From Acidobacteriota bacterium (GTDB taxonomy: Bacteria; Acidobacteriota; UBA6911; RPQK01; JAJDTT01), in contig OZ242374.1 of assembly GCA_965209055.1 (NCBI GenBank), forward strand, positions 1,216,001 through 1,280,000: DNA of 64,000 bases. The letters are read 5' to 3'. Under the pieces are notes generated by a model. It worked only from the letters and a program-made list of their open reading frames with translations. It did no database searches and was not told the origin of the DNA. Position 1 is the first letter of the stretch, and every line of letters starts with the position of its first letter. Below, piece by piece: positions 14,222 to 23,921 of this stretch. A program made the translations under genes and the position numbers.

Positions 14222-15841
14222 GTGGCGAAACGCATCCATCCTGTTCGGCTGGAGGTCTACCGGCATCTCCTGACCTCGGTCCCCGAGGAGATGGGGACGG
14301 CGCTCCACCGGACCGCCTATTCTTCCAACGTCCGGGAGCGCCGGGACTATTCCTGCGCGCTCTTCGACTCGAAGGCGCAACTGGTGGCCATGGGGGACCA
14401 CATGCCGGTCCATCTCGGCTCCATGCCCATGTCGGTCCAGGCGGCGCTCGACCATGAACCCCTGCAGCCGGGCGATGTGGTGATCCTCAACGACCCCTTC
14501 GCCGGGGGGACCCATCTTCCCGATCTCACCATGGTGGCGCCGGTGTTCGAACCCTCGGACGGGTTCGTCCGCCCCGTCTTCTACGTGGCCGTTCGCGCCC
14601 ATCACGCGGACGTGGGGGGAATGTCCCCCGGCTCCATGCCCCTGAGCCGGGACGTCTTCCAGGAGGGAATCCGGGTTCCGCCGTCCAAGCTCTACCGGCG
14701 GGGCCGATTGAACGTCGACCTGCTCCGCCTGCTCCTCAGCAACGTCCGCACGCCCCTGGAGCGGGAAGGGGATCTGGCCGCCCAGGTGGGGTCGCTGAGA
14801 GTCGGCGACAAGCGATTGCGGGTGCTGGTCGAAAAGAACGGCAGGCCTGAGGTGGAAAAGTACTGCCGGGCCCTCCAGGACTATTCGGCGAAGATCATGC
14901 GGCAAACCATTCGCCGGATTCCGGACGGACGCTACGCGGCCGAGGACCTGCTGGATGAGGCGGGCCCCGGGGAGGGACCGGAGCCGGTCCCGATTCGCGT
15001 CAGCGTCCGGGTCGCCGGACATTCCATGAAGATCGATTTTGCCGGATCTGCCCCCCAGATGCCCGGCTGCCTCAACGCCGTGCGGGCCGTCACCCGGTCC
15101 GCCGTCTACTACGTCCTCCGCTGCCTGGCTCCCGACTATGCTCCGGCCAGCGCCGGGCTGATGCGCTCGGTGCGCGTCTTGACGCCGAAGGGAAGCGTGG
15201 TGGACGCCCGGTTTCCGGCGGCGACGGCCGGCGGCAACGTCGAGACCTCCCAGCGAATCGTGGACGTCCTGCTCCGGGCCCTGGCCCAGGCCCTTCCCGA
15301 GCGGATCCCGGCCGCCAGCAGCGGCACCATGAACAACATCACCATCGGCGGCCTCCACCCCGGCACGGGCAAGCCCTTCTCCTACTACGAGACCATCGGG
15401 GGCGGCATGGGGGCCGGCCCGGCCGGCCACGGAACCAGCGGCGTGCACACCCACATGACCAACTCTCTGAACACGCCCATCGAAGCCTTGGAGTACGACT
15501 TTCCGCTTCGGGTTCGGGAGTACCGGTTGAGGTACGGGTCCGGCGCCAAGGGCAGGTATCGAGGGGGGGACGGAATCGTCCGGACCCTGGAGGCCTTGAC
15601 CGACTGCACCACCACGATCCTTTCGGAGAGGCGGGTCAACCCTCCCTATGGTCTCAACGGGGGTGAGACCGGGAAAAAGGGCCGGAACTACCTGGTGGTC
15701 GGGGGCCGCCGCAAAAACCTCGCCGGCAAGGTGTCTCTCCAACTCTCGCCCGGACAAGCCGTCCGGATCGAGACTCCCGGAGGGGGAGGATGGGGGAGCA
15801 AGGAAGGAAGGAAACCGAAAACGGGAGAGGGGAAAGAGTGA
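14222..15841 (+). CDS. Hydantoinase B / 5-oxoprolinase family protein
   Basis: EEMG..L.RTAYS.NVRERRDYSCA, NDPFAGGTHLPD, HHADVGG and TPGGGGWG motifs. Confidence 0.93.
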   Translation: MAKRIHPVRLEVYRHLLTSVPEEMGTALHRTAYSSNVRERRDYSCALFDSKAQLVAMGDHMPVHLGSMPMSVQAALDHEPLQPGDVVILNDPFAGGTHLPDLTMVAPVFEPSDGFVRPVFYVAVRAHHADVGGMSPGSMPLSRDVFQEGIRVPPSKLYRRGRLNVDLLRLLLSNVRTPLEREGDLAAQVGSLRVGDKRLRVLVEKNGRPEVEKYCRALQDYSAKIMRQTIRRIPDGRYAAEDLLDEAGPGEGPEPVPIRVSVRVAGHSMKIDFAGSAPQMPGCLNAVRAVTRSAVYYVLRCLAPDYAPASAGLMRSVRVLTPKGSVVDARFPAATAGGNVETSQRIVDVLLRALAQALPERIPAASSGTMNNITIGGLHPGTGKPFSYYETIGGGMGAGPAGHGTSGVHTHMTNSLNTPIEALEYDFPLRVREYRLRYGSGAKGRYRGGDGIVRTLEALTDCTTTILSERRVNPPYGLNGGETGKKGRNYLVVGGRRKNLAGKVSLQLSPGQAVRIETPGGGGWGSKEGRKPKTGEGKE

Positions 15842-16950
15842 AGCCGGAGCGGGTGATCGTTCGAGAAGTCAGCCTTCCTCTCGTCCATTTCTTCGAGACC
15901 AGCTTCGGACGGATCCATGGCCGCCGGGTCCTGCTGGTGGAGGCCCGGGCGGACGGACTCTCCGGCTGGGGCGAGTGTGTCGCCGACGATGCGCCCGGAT
16001 TCAGCTATGAGACGGTGGACACTGCCTGGCCGGTTCTGAGCCGTTTCCTGGTCCCGAGCATGCTGGGCGTCCGCTTCAGCCGGGCGGACGAATTTCCGGG
16101 CCGGGTCCGTTCGGTCCGGGGGCATCCCATGGCGAAGGCGGGTCTGGAGGCCGCTCTCTGGGACCTCCAGGCCAAGGCGGCGGGCGTGCCCCTGTGGCAG
16201 CTCCTGGGGGGACGCCATCGCCGGATCCCGTGCGGGGTCTCCATCGGCATCCAGGATCACCCCGACATTCTCCTGCGCAAGATCGAGCAGGAACTGGAGG
16301 CCGGGTACCAGCGGATCAAGATCAAGATCAAGCCGGGTTGGGACCTCGATATCGTGGCCGCCGTACGCAAGCGCTTTCCCCGGATCTCGCTCATGGTGGA
16401 CGCCAACTCCGCCTACAACCGGGCGGACTTCGACCACCTGGCCGAACTGGACCGGTTCGACCTGCTGATGATGGAGCAGCCCCTGGAGTACGACGACGTC
16501 TTCCGGCACGTGGAGCTCCAGGCCCGGCTCCGGACCCCCATCTGCCTGGACGAATCGATACGCCACCGGCGGGACGCGGACCATGCCATCGCCGTGGGAG
16601 CCTGCCGCATCGTCAACATCAAGATGGGGCGCGTGGGCGGACACACCGAGGCCAAGGCGGTCCACGACGTCTGCCGGGCCCGGGGCGTTCCGGTCTGGTG
16701 CGGAGGGATGTTGGAGACCGGCATCGGGCGGGCCCACAACGTGGCCCTCTCCACTCTGGAAAACTTCACTCTGCCCGGCGACGTCTCGGCCAGCCGCCGC
16801 TATTTCCACCGGGACACGGCCCGGCCCCCCATCGAAGTCGACTCGGACGGGACCATCACGCCCTCCCTGGACCCCGGGATCGGTTACCAACCCGACCTCG
16901 AATGGATCGATCGCATCACCGTCCGGTCGGAGACGTTCCGATCCGCTTGA
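15838..16950 (+). CDS. menC: o-succinylbenzoate synthase / N-acylamino acid racemase (enolase superfamily)
   Basis: KIKIKPG, MVDANSAY, EQPL, CLDES and WCGGMLETGIGRA motifs; GTGA overlap with the upstream gene. Confidence 0.85.
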   Translation: MKPERVIVREVSLPLVHFFETSFGRIHGRRVLLVEARADGLSGWGECVADDAPGFSYETVDTAWPVLSRFLVPSMLGVRFSRADEFPGRVRSVRGHPMAKAGLEAALWDLQAKAAGVPLWQLLGGRHRRIPCGVSIGIQDHPDILLRKIEQELEAGYQRIKIKIKPGWDLDIVAAVRKRFPRISLMVDANSAYNRADFDHLAELDRFDLLMMEQPLEYDDVFRHVELQARLRTPICLDESIRHRRDADHAIAVGACRIVNIKMGRVGGHTEAKAVHDVCRARGVPVWCGGMLETGIGRAHNVALSTLENFTLPGDVSASRRYFHRDTARPPIEVDSDGTITPSLDPGIGYQPDLEWIDRITVRSETFRSA

Positions 16951-16970
16951 AACGCATGGGATCGGCGACT

Positions 16971-17029
16971 TGGAGCGGCGGTTTCCAACCGCCGGCCAAG
17001 GGGGGGTTAGGGGGGACGACAGTCCCGCC
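16971..17029 (+). repeat. Composite REP-like element
   Basis: GGAGCGGCGGTTTCCAACCGCCG followed by AAGGGGGGTTAG and GGGGGACGACAGTCCC; similar to copies at about 8.8, 14.1 and 27.1 kb. Confidence 0.85.
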
Positions 17030-17130
17030 TCCGCAACGCGTCTTCCAAGAGGACTACTGGAAGTCTTCCCTCCGAATGTAGTAATATTTGTCACTCAACT
17101 GTCTACCATTTGGACATTGAAGGGAGCCCC

Positions 17131-19248
17131 GTGAGAAGCCTCCGGCACAAACTGGTCCTCTTCATTCTCCCCCTGGCGGTGATCCCGCTGGCCGCCATCT
17201 GCGTCTTCGCCTACTACCAGGCCAAGGAGCAGATCACCCAGGACCGGACCGTCCTCTACCTGGAGCAGGTCGCGCAGGGCATCGCCGACAACATCCTGCT
17301 TTCGATCCTGGAGAAGAAGGAAGAGACCGTCTCCATGACGCTCTACCGGGAGCTGGGAGACTACCTGGTCCGGCGGGTCGATCCTCCCACGCTGCTGCTG
17401 AACCAATTGGTGGTGGTGCACGAGGTCTACGACCTTCTGGTGCTGTTCGACCGGGAGGGCCGTGTGCTTTCCACCAGCAGCATCGACCGGAACGCCGTGG
17501 GGGTGAGCCTGGATCCGGAACGGCTCGCGGACCTGCGGGGACGGAGCCTCCTTTCCTACACTGCGGACGGCAGTTGGTTGGAGGAGGTCCGCCAAGGGCG
17601 ATTCGGCTACCTGGACTGGCACGCCTCGCCTCTGATCCGTCAGCTTTACTCCTATCAGGACGACGACATCGCCCGCCAGAGATCCATCGGGTTCGCGGCT
17701 CCCTTCCTGTCGGAGGACGGGGCGCTTCTGGGAGGGATCCTGGCCTACATGAACTGGGAGTATGTCCAGGCGATTCTGGACAACATCGAGGAGGACCTGG
17801 AACGGCGCTCCCTGACCTCCGGTTACGCCTTTCTCTTCGGCAAGGACGTGAACACCGTCATCGGACACAAGTACCGGAGGAATCGTCCGGGATCGGGAGG
17901 GGGACAGGTTCCCCTGGTGGACAACTACGGGTCGCGCCTGGGGGAGGACCACGGCCTCGAAGATCTCCAGGATGCCATCGCCGGCGGCGCCACCCACTTC
18001 TACTACGAGTATCCCCCGGGCACCTCCAAGATCAGCGGCCTGGCGGTGGTGAATCACGATTTCCTCCGGTGGATCTGCGGAGTGGGCATCAACGACGAAG
18101 ACATCTTCGCCCCCGTGCAGGACCTGAAACGGGTGCTGATGGGGGCCGTCTCGCTGACCGCCCTGCTGGTGGGGCTGCTGACCTACTCCATCGCCCGGGG
18201 CATCACCGTCCCGGTCAAGCGGCTCACCCGGGGCGCTCGCGTTCTGGCCGGCGGCGAGCTGGACCAGCGGGTGCGGGTGGCCTCCCGGGACGAGATCGGC
18301 GAGTTGGCGGTGACCTTCAATGAAATGGCCCAGTCGCTTCAGGATCGGAGCCACGCCCTGATCGAGCTCAATCGCAGCCTGGAAGAGAAGGTCAGGAAAC
18401 GGACCAGCGAACTGGAGCGGACCGGCCGGGAAGTCCGGAAGGCGTACCAGGAACTCAAGGACACCCAGGTGCAACTGGTGCAGAGCGAGAAGATGGCGTC
18501 GCTGGGCCAACTGGTGGCCGGCATCGCCCACGAGATCAAGAATCCCCTGAACTTCATCTACGGCAACACCGACTTCCTGCGCCAGTACGTTCAGAAGTTG
18601 GAAGAGGTGATCCGCTTCTACGACAGCCATTCCGGACTCAAGCCGGACGATCGGGAGACGCTCGATTCCCTGCGGCGGCGGATCAACTACGACTTCGTCA
18701 TCGAGGATCTCGACCGCCTGATGGACAACTTCGAGGAGGGGGCCCAGCGAATCCACGCCATCATCGGAGACCTGAGGACCTTCTCCAGGATGGACGTGGA
18801 CAAGACGCAGCGGGTGCCGATCCAGGAGCCGCTGGACCTGGCGTTGAACCTGCTGCACAACGAATACCGGGACCGGATCCGGATCCAAAAGGATTATGGC
18901 GACGTGCCCCCGGTGGAATGCCATCCGGGGCGCCTGAGCCAGGTCTTCATGAACGTCCTCTCCAATGCCTGCCAGGCCATTCCCGACCGCGGCGAGATCC
19001 GGATCCGGACTTCGACGGACAACGGAGAAGCGGTGATCGAGATCGAGGACGACGGATCCGGGATCAGGAAGGAGCACCTGGGAAAGGTCTTCGAGCCCTT
19101 TTTCACCACCAAGGCCGTGGGTCAGGGCACGGGACTGGGTCTGAGCATCAGCTACGGGATCGTGCAGCAGCACCAGGGGTCCATCCAAGTGGAGAGCGAA
19201 GTCGGGCACGGCACCCGTTTCTGCGTCCGGCTTCCCCTGAGGTCATGA
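17131..19248 (+). CDS. Membrane sensor histidine kinase (periplasmic Cache-like domain, HAMP, HisKA, HATPase)
   Basis: Two TM helices, DEIGELA (HAMP), AHEIKNPL, NVLSNA, DDGSGI, FFTTK.VGQGTGLGL. Confidence 0.95.
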   Translation: MRSLRHKLVLFILPLAVIPLAAICVFAYYQAKEQITQDRTVLYLEQVAQGIADNILLSILEKKEETVSMTLYRELGDYLVRRVDPPTLLLNQLVVVHEVYDLLVLFDREGRVLSTSSIDRNAVGVSLDPERLADLRGRSLLSYTADGSWLEEVRQGRFGYLDWHASPLIRQLYSYQDDDIARQRSIGFAAPFLSEDGALLGGILAYMNWEYVQAILDNIEEDLERRSLTSGYAFLFGKDVNTVIGHKYRRNRPGSGGGQVPLVDNYGSRLGEDHGLEDLQDAIAGGATHFYYEYPPGTSKISGLAVVNHDFLRWICGVGINDEDIFAPVQDLKRVLMGAVSLTALLVGLLTYSIARGITVPVKRLTRGARVLAGGELDQRVRVASRDEIGELAVTFNEMAQSLQDRSHALIELNRSLEEKVRKRTSELERTGREVRKAYQELKDTQVQLVQSEKMASLGQLVAGIAHEIKNPLNFIYGNTDFLRQYVQKLEEVIRFYDSHSGLKPDDRETLDSLRRRINYDFVIEDLDRLMDNFEEGAQRIHAIIGDLRTFSRMDVDKTQRVPIQEPLDLALNLLHNEYRDRIRIQKDYGDVPPVECHPGRLSQVFMNVLSNACQAIPDRGEIRIRTSTDNGEAVIEIEDDGSGIRKEHLGKVFEPFFTTKAVGQGTGLGLSISYGIVQQHQGSIQVESEVGHGTRFCVRLPLRS

Positions 19249-20660
19249 ACGACAGGCACTCACTGCTGGTGGTCGACGACGAGGCGGGCAATCTGCAGAA
19301 GCTGCGCCGCACCTTCATCAACGATTACGAGGTGCTGGAGGCCGCCTCCGGCCGGGAGGCTCTGGACCTGCTGCGGCGGAGGGAGGTCTCGGCCGTGATC
19401 ACGGATCAGAGGATGCCGGCCATGACCGGTGTGGAGTTGCTGCATCGTTCGCTTCACATCCGTCCCGGCGCGGTGCGGATCATTCTCACCGGATACACCG
19501 AGTCCGAGGACCTGATGGACGCCATCAATCAGGGGCACGTCCATCGGTACATCACCAAGCCCTGGGATCCCGGATCTCTGCGGAAGGTGGTGAAGCAGGA
19601 GTTGGGCCGCTGGGAGTTGAAGCGGGAGCAGGAGCGTCTCGGAAGGGAGCTCCACCGGATCAACAGCCGCCTCGAGGCGGAGAACTCGAAGCTGCGAGAG
19701 GAAAAGCAGCTCTTGGAAGGCTCCAAACCCCGGCTCGTCTACCGCAGCCGCGCCATCAAGACGCTGCTGGGTTCGCTGGACCGGGTGGCCCCCACCGGCT
19801 CCACTGTCTTTCTGCAGGGGGAGACCGGAACGGGAAAGGAGCTTCTGGCCCGGTACGTCCATGATCGGAGCCCCAGGGCGGGCGAAGCCTTCGTGCCGGT
19901 CAACTGCGGCGCCGTCCCGGCCGACCTGGTGGAGAGCGCGTTTTTCGGTCACAAGAAGGGAGCCTTCACCGGTGCGACGGAAGAGAAGAAGGGGTACTTC
20001 GAGCTGGCCGACGGCGGTACGATTTTTTTGGACGAGGTGGGAGAGGCGCCGTTGGACCTTCAGGTGAAGCTGCTCCGGGCGCTTCAGGAGAGCGAGATCT
20101 TTCCGGTGGGCGCCGAAGCCCCCGGGAAGATCGACGTCCGCGTGGTGGCGTCCACGAACCGGGACCTGAGCCGGGAGGTCGCCGAGGGCCGCTTTCGGCA
20201 GGACCTCTACTTCCGCCTCAACGTCTTCACCGTCATGGTGCCTCCCCTCAGGGCCCGGCCCGAGGATGTGGACGAACTGGCCCGGTTCTTTCTGGAACGT
20301 TCCTGCCGGCGGCTGAACAAGTTCGGCTGCTGTTTCGAACCAGGGACTCTCGAAGTGCTCCGGGGATATTCCTGGCCCGGCAATGTCCGGGAGTTGGAGA
20401 ATGAGGTGGAACGGCTGGTGATTCTGGCCGAGCCGGACCGGCCCATCTCACCCTCGGCGCTGTCGGGGAGGATCTCCTTTCCGCCCGAATCGGGTCCCGC
20501 CCAGGGTTCGTTGAAGCAGCGGCTGGCCCAACTGGAGCGCGACCTCATCCTGGAGGCCCTCCGCGTCCACGACAACAACCGGAGCCGGGCCGCCGAAGCG
20601 CTCCAAGTGAGCCGTCAGACCATCATCTCCAAGCTGAAACGTTATGGAGGAACGAGGTAG
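19245..20660 (+). CDS. Sigma54-dependent response regulator (NtrC family)
   Basis: Receiver (VVDDE, DQRMP, KPW), GETGTGKE, GAFTGA, WPGNVRELEN and Fis-type HTH; ATGA overlap with the kinase. Confidence 0.96.
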   Translation: MNDRHSLLVVDDEAGNLQKLRRTFINDYEVLEAASGREALDLLRRREVSAVITDQRMPAMTGVELLHRSLHIRPGAVRIILTGYTESEDLMDAINQGHVHRYITKPWDPGSLRKVVKQELGRWELKREQERLGRELHRINSRLEAENSKLREEKQLLEGSKPRLVYRSRAIKTLLGSLDRVAPTGSTVFLQGETGTGKELLARYVHDRSPRAGEAFVPVNCGAVPADLVESAFFGHKKGAFTGATEEKKGYFELADGGTIFLDEVGEAPLDLQVKLLRALQESEIFPVGAEAPGKIDVRVVASTNRDLSREVAEGRFRQDLYFRLNVFTVMVPPLRARPEDVDELARFFLERSCRRLNKFGCCFEPGTLEVLRGYSWPGNVRELENEVERLVILAEPDRPISPSALSGRISFPPESGPAQGSLKQRLAQLERDLILEALRVHDNNRSRAAEALQVSRQTIISKLKRYGGTR

Positions 20661-20736
20661 TCGGCGACCTTCGTGTCGCCGGGAGGGAAAGTCGCCGCGG
20701 CCGGGGGGAGGCCGCGGCGACAGACGCCACCGAAGC

Positions 20737-21309
20737 TCAGGCCGCCTCGAGGCGTTGGCGCAGCCGGCGGCGCCCATAGAACAGGCGCGACTTGATCGTG
20801 CCTTCGGCGACTTTCAGGGATTGGGCGATTTCGCGGATGGTGAACCCTTCCAGGTCATGAAGCCAGACCACATTGCGGTGGCGTTCGTTGAGGTCCGAGA
20901 TGGCGGACCGGACTCGCCTCTTGATCTCCGTGCGCCGGAGTTCTTCGAACGGAGTCCGCTGGGATGCGTCCTCCAGGTGGCCCCATTCCGAAACGTCCCC
21001 GTCCAGGTTGTTGCGATGTTTCCGGTTCCGCCGGAGCGTCTCCAGGCAGACGTTGATGGCGATTCTGTTGATCCAGGTGCTCAGCTTGGAATCGCCCCGG
21101 AACTTGTGGCACGCCCTGTGAATGTTGACGAAGGTCTCCTGGAGAGCGTCCCAGGCAGCCTGCTCTTCCTTGAGGATGCGGATCGCCGTGCTATAGATGT
21201 TGCCCTGGAACCGCCTGAAGAGTTCCCGGAAGGCCTCCTCGTCCCCGTTGCGGATTCCCGAGATCAGCCGTCTCTCCCACGATTCCGGTTTCGCTGCGTA
21301 AGCTCTCAT
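20737..21309 (-). CDS. ECF-subfamily RNA polymerase sigma factor
   Basis: DALQETF, FRGDSKLSTWINRIAIN and EIA..L...EGTIKSRLFYGR; AGGAGG RBS before ATG 21309. Confidence 0.93.
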   Translation of the reverse strand: MRAYAAKPESWERRLISGIRNGDEEAFRELFRRFQGNIYSTAIRILKEEQAAWDALQETFVNIHRACHKFRGDSKLSTWINRIAINVCLETLRRNRKHRNNLDGDVSEWGHLEDASQRTPFEELRRTEIKRRVRSAISDLNERHRNVVWLHDLEGFTIREIAQSLKVAEGTIKSRLFYGRRRLRQRLEAA

Positions 21310-21337
21310 GATCACCTCCTTCTGCCGCATTTCTTAC

Positions 21338-21352
21338 GCAAGACGCGTGCCA
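21338..21352 (-). promoter_or_regulatory. Sigma54 (-24/-12) promoter of the ECF sigma gene
   Basis: Minus strand reads TGGCAC-GCGTC-TTGC, matching the consensus, about 30 bp upstream of the start codon. Confidence 0.85.
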
Positions 21353-21585
21353 AACACGGAAACCGTTGTATTTCTTGAGGTTACGGCGAGTCTCCAAGAA
21401 GGGGACCGTCAACCGGATTGACAGTCCGTCACGGCAAGAATCGGGGTAAGTCTCAATAGTTCAACGGGATACAAGATGTGAAAACATTGGACACTGAGTG
21501 TCTGTCAATCGGACAGACGCCGGACTTCCCGGCTCCCGGGGCGGGGCCGTCTCCGTGCTATAATTCGCGGCGGCTGGCATCCATC

Positions 21586-22359
21586 TTGAAACACTATCGA
21601 CGACATGGCGCGAGTGAGGTCGCCACTCCTTCACTGTTTTTCCTGGTGCGCCAGGATGTCCAGGATGTCAGGTCCAGTTACCGGGCCTCCAGGGCGGAAT
21701 TTTTCTGTGGCGAATGGCTGGACGAAGCCGATCTCCACTGGACACCGGACATGGTCGTTCCCGTGAATCCCGACGAGATCGAGGAGTTCGATCCCCCGAG
21801 AGAATTGGATTGGCCCGATTTCGCCGACAGCATGATCATTCGTCACTCGATCCATTACGATCGGCCCCGGATCTGGAAGAACGCCGGGTTGGATCTCTAC
21901 TCGAGATTCAACGAGAGCCGCGAGGAATTTCTTGCCCGTTGCCATCAAAGAGAGGTCCGCAAAAGGGTCTTGCAGCGGGAAGAGTTGAGGGACGTTTTCT
22001 TGCGCCGGGTCATCGAACTCAAGACGGCGATGACGAAGATGGTGGCCGAGGAGAGATCGGTGGATATGCACCGGGACCGGCGGCTGGCGACGGTCAGGAG
22101 CTTGTTTTCCGATTTGGCCAAGGAGTGGGATCGGCTGCCTCTTCGCGACGACGAACCGGCGCTCCGGAAAAGCGGGGACGCCGACGGAACGGACCGCGAT
22201 CTTCATGAGATGGTCGACTCGTTTCGCGACGACCTCCGGTATCGTTTCGGCCGTATCGAGGTCGGGATTCGGCCCCGGGTCGAGGACCTCGATCCCTACG
22301 AGGTGCCGGTGAACCACTCGCAGGTCGAAATCATCTCGCGCGGGTTCCTCTGGTCTTAG
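21586..22359 (+). CDS. Hypothetical protein
   Basis: Open frame downstream of an extended -10 TGCTATAAT (21556-21564); start uncertain (ORF opens at 21478). Confidence 0.7.
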   Translation: MKHYRRHGASEVATPSLFFLVRQDVQDVRSSYRASRAEFFCGEWLDEADLHWTPDMVVPVNPDEIEEFDPPRELDWPDFADSMIIRHSIHYDRPRIWKNAGLDLYSRFNESREEFLARCHQREVRKRVLQREELRDVFLRRVIELKTAMTKMVAEERSVDMHRDRRLATVRSLFSDLAKEWDRLPLRDDEPALRKSGDADGTDRDLHEMVDSFRDDLRYRFGRIEVGIRPRVEDLDPYEVPVNHSQVEIISRGFLWS

Positions 22360-22518
22360 CAGCCCGTGGTAAAAGTCGTCACGGCATTCGACCGTCCCTG
22401 CATCCCGGCGGACTGCGTTGCGATTCGGGCACATACTCCCGGTATGCGCGCCGAATCGCGCCTTGTCCGGCGGGCGCAGGAACGGTCTCGGTGCTCGCGG
22501 GACTTTCACCACGGACTG
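22360..22518. mobile_element. Non-autonomous MITE with 18-bp terminal inverted repeats and TTAG flanks
   Basis: CAGCCCGTGGTAAAAGTC versus GACTTTCACCACGGACTG (16/18 inverted match); TTAG on both sides; internal long hairpin. Confidence 0.82.
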
Positions 22519-22643
22519 TTAGTAAAATCGAAACTGCGGGCCGGGACCTGACGAACCGTGGCAGCGGCAAAGGCGGCCTCTGCGGCCGCCCGTTCTTGTC
22601 CCAGTCCTTGGATCGGAACCAGGAAGAGGAGTGACCGGCAACC

Positions 22644-23780
22644 ATGGAGCGGATCCTTTTGGCCATGAGTGGCGGCGTGGACAGCTCTGCCGCCGCAGTC
22701 CTGCTCAAGGACGCGGGCTACGACATCGTGGGATGCACCATGCGGTTGTGGGACCACCGCAAGGACCCCCAGGGTACGGCGGTCCGGTCCGGGCGTTGCT
22801 GCTCGCTGGACGACACTTACGACGCGCGCCGTGTGGCGGAGAGGTTGGCGGTCCCGTTTTACGTCGTCAACATGGAGAAGGTCTTTCGGGAAAAGGTCAT
22901 CAGGACCTTTATCGGAGAGTACCTGGAGGGCAGGACTCCGTCTCCCTGCGTGCTCTGCAATACCTTCGTCAAGTTCGACCGGTTGATGGATTTCGCTCGT
23001 CAGATCGGTCTCCAGCGGGTGGCCACCGGTCACTACGTTCGGGTGGGCCGCGACGAAGAGGACGGCCACGTGCTCCTGAAGGCCCGGGACACGGACAAGG
23101 ACCAGTCCTATTTCCTGTTCGAGCTCAACCAGGATCAGTTGGCCCGGACGCTGTTTCCCGTGGGCGAGTATCCCAAGGCCGCGGTTCGGGACATCGCCCG
23201 CGCCAACGGGCTTGTCACCGCCGACAAACCGGAGAGCCAGGAAATCTGTTTCGTTTCCGGGGGCAACTACACGGACTTCATTCGCCGGCAGGCCGGAGGG
23301 GTGGACCACGACTTTCTGCCGGTCCTCCAGGAGCAGGAGCGTCCCGGGCCGGTGCTCATGGCGGACGGCTCGCGGGTGGGGACTCACCGGGGACTGTTCC
23401 GTTTCACGGTGGGACAGAGGCGGGGCCTGGGCATCTCGCATCCGCGGCCTCTGTACGTTCTGCGTCTGGAGCGGCGGAAGAACGCCGTGATCGTCGGTTA
23501 CAAGGAGGAGCTGTTCAGCACGGGGCTGGTGGCCGAGCGTGTCCATTGGATCTCGGGACGGACGCCGCGGGGCCCGGTCCGGGCCTCGGTCAAGATCCGT
23601 TCCCGGCACGCCGAGGCCGCCGCGGAGATCGACTGCCCGGCGGCGGCGGAGAACGGGGGAGGAATGGCACGCGTCGTCTTCGATCGTCCTCAGATGTCGG
23701 TCTCGCCCGGTCAGGCGGCGGTCTTCTACCAGGGTGACCGGGTCCTGGGCGGAGGCTGGATCCGCGAGCGCATCCAGTAA
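22644..23780 (+). CDS. mnmA: tRNA 2-thiouridine(34) synthase
   Basis: AMSGGVDS, GRTPSPC..CN, ATGHY, DKDQSYFL and PGQAAVFY motifs. Confidence 0.98.
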   Translation: MERILLAMSGGVDSSAAAVLLKDAGYDIVGCTMRLWDHRKDPQGTAVRSGRCCSLDDTYDARRVAERLAVPFYVVNMEKVFREKVIRTFIGEYLEGRTPSPCVLCNTFVKFDRLMDFARQIGLQRVATGHYVRVGRDEEDGHVLLKARDTDKDQSYFLFELNQDQLARTLFPVGEYPKAAVRDIARANGLVTADKPESQEICFVSGGNYTDFIRRQAGGVDHDFLPVLQEQERPGPVLMADGSRVGTHRGLFRFTVGQRRGLGISHPRPLYVLRLERRKNAVIVGYKEELFSTGLVAERVHWISGRTPRGPVRASVKIRSRHAEAAAEIDCPAAAENGGGMARVVFDRPQMSVSPGQAAVFYQGDRVLGGGWIRERIQ

Positions 23781-23783
23781 GGA

Positions 23784-23845
23784 GGAGCGGCGGTTTCCAG
23801 TGGGGGCGGCGGTTTCCAACCGGGGGCGGCGGTTTCCAACCGCCG
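23784..23845 (+). repeat. Three tandem partial REP-like units
   Basis: GCGGCGGTTTCCA repeated three times at a 20-bp period. Confidence 0.85.
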
Positions 23846-23921
23846 AACAAAAAAGTCAGTTTGCGTGACCTCCCGCGAAATCTCCCGGCCGCGTGAAACT
23901 TCCGGCGCCCCGTCCAGTCCA

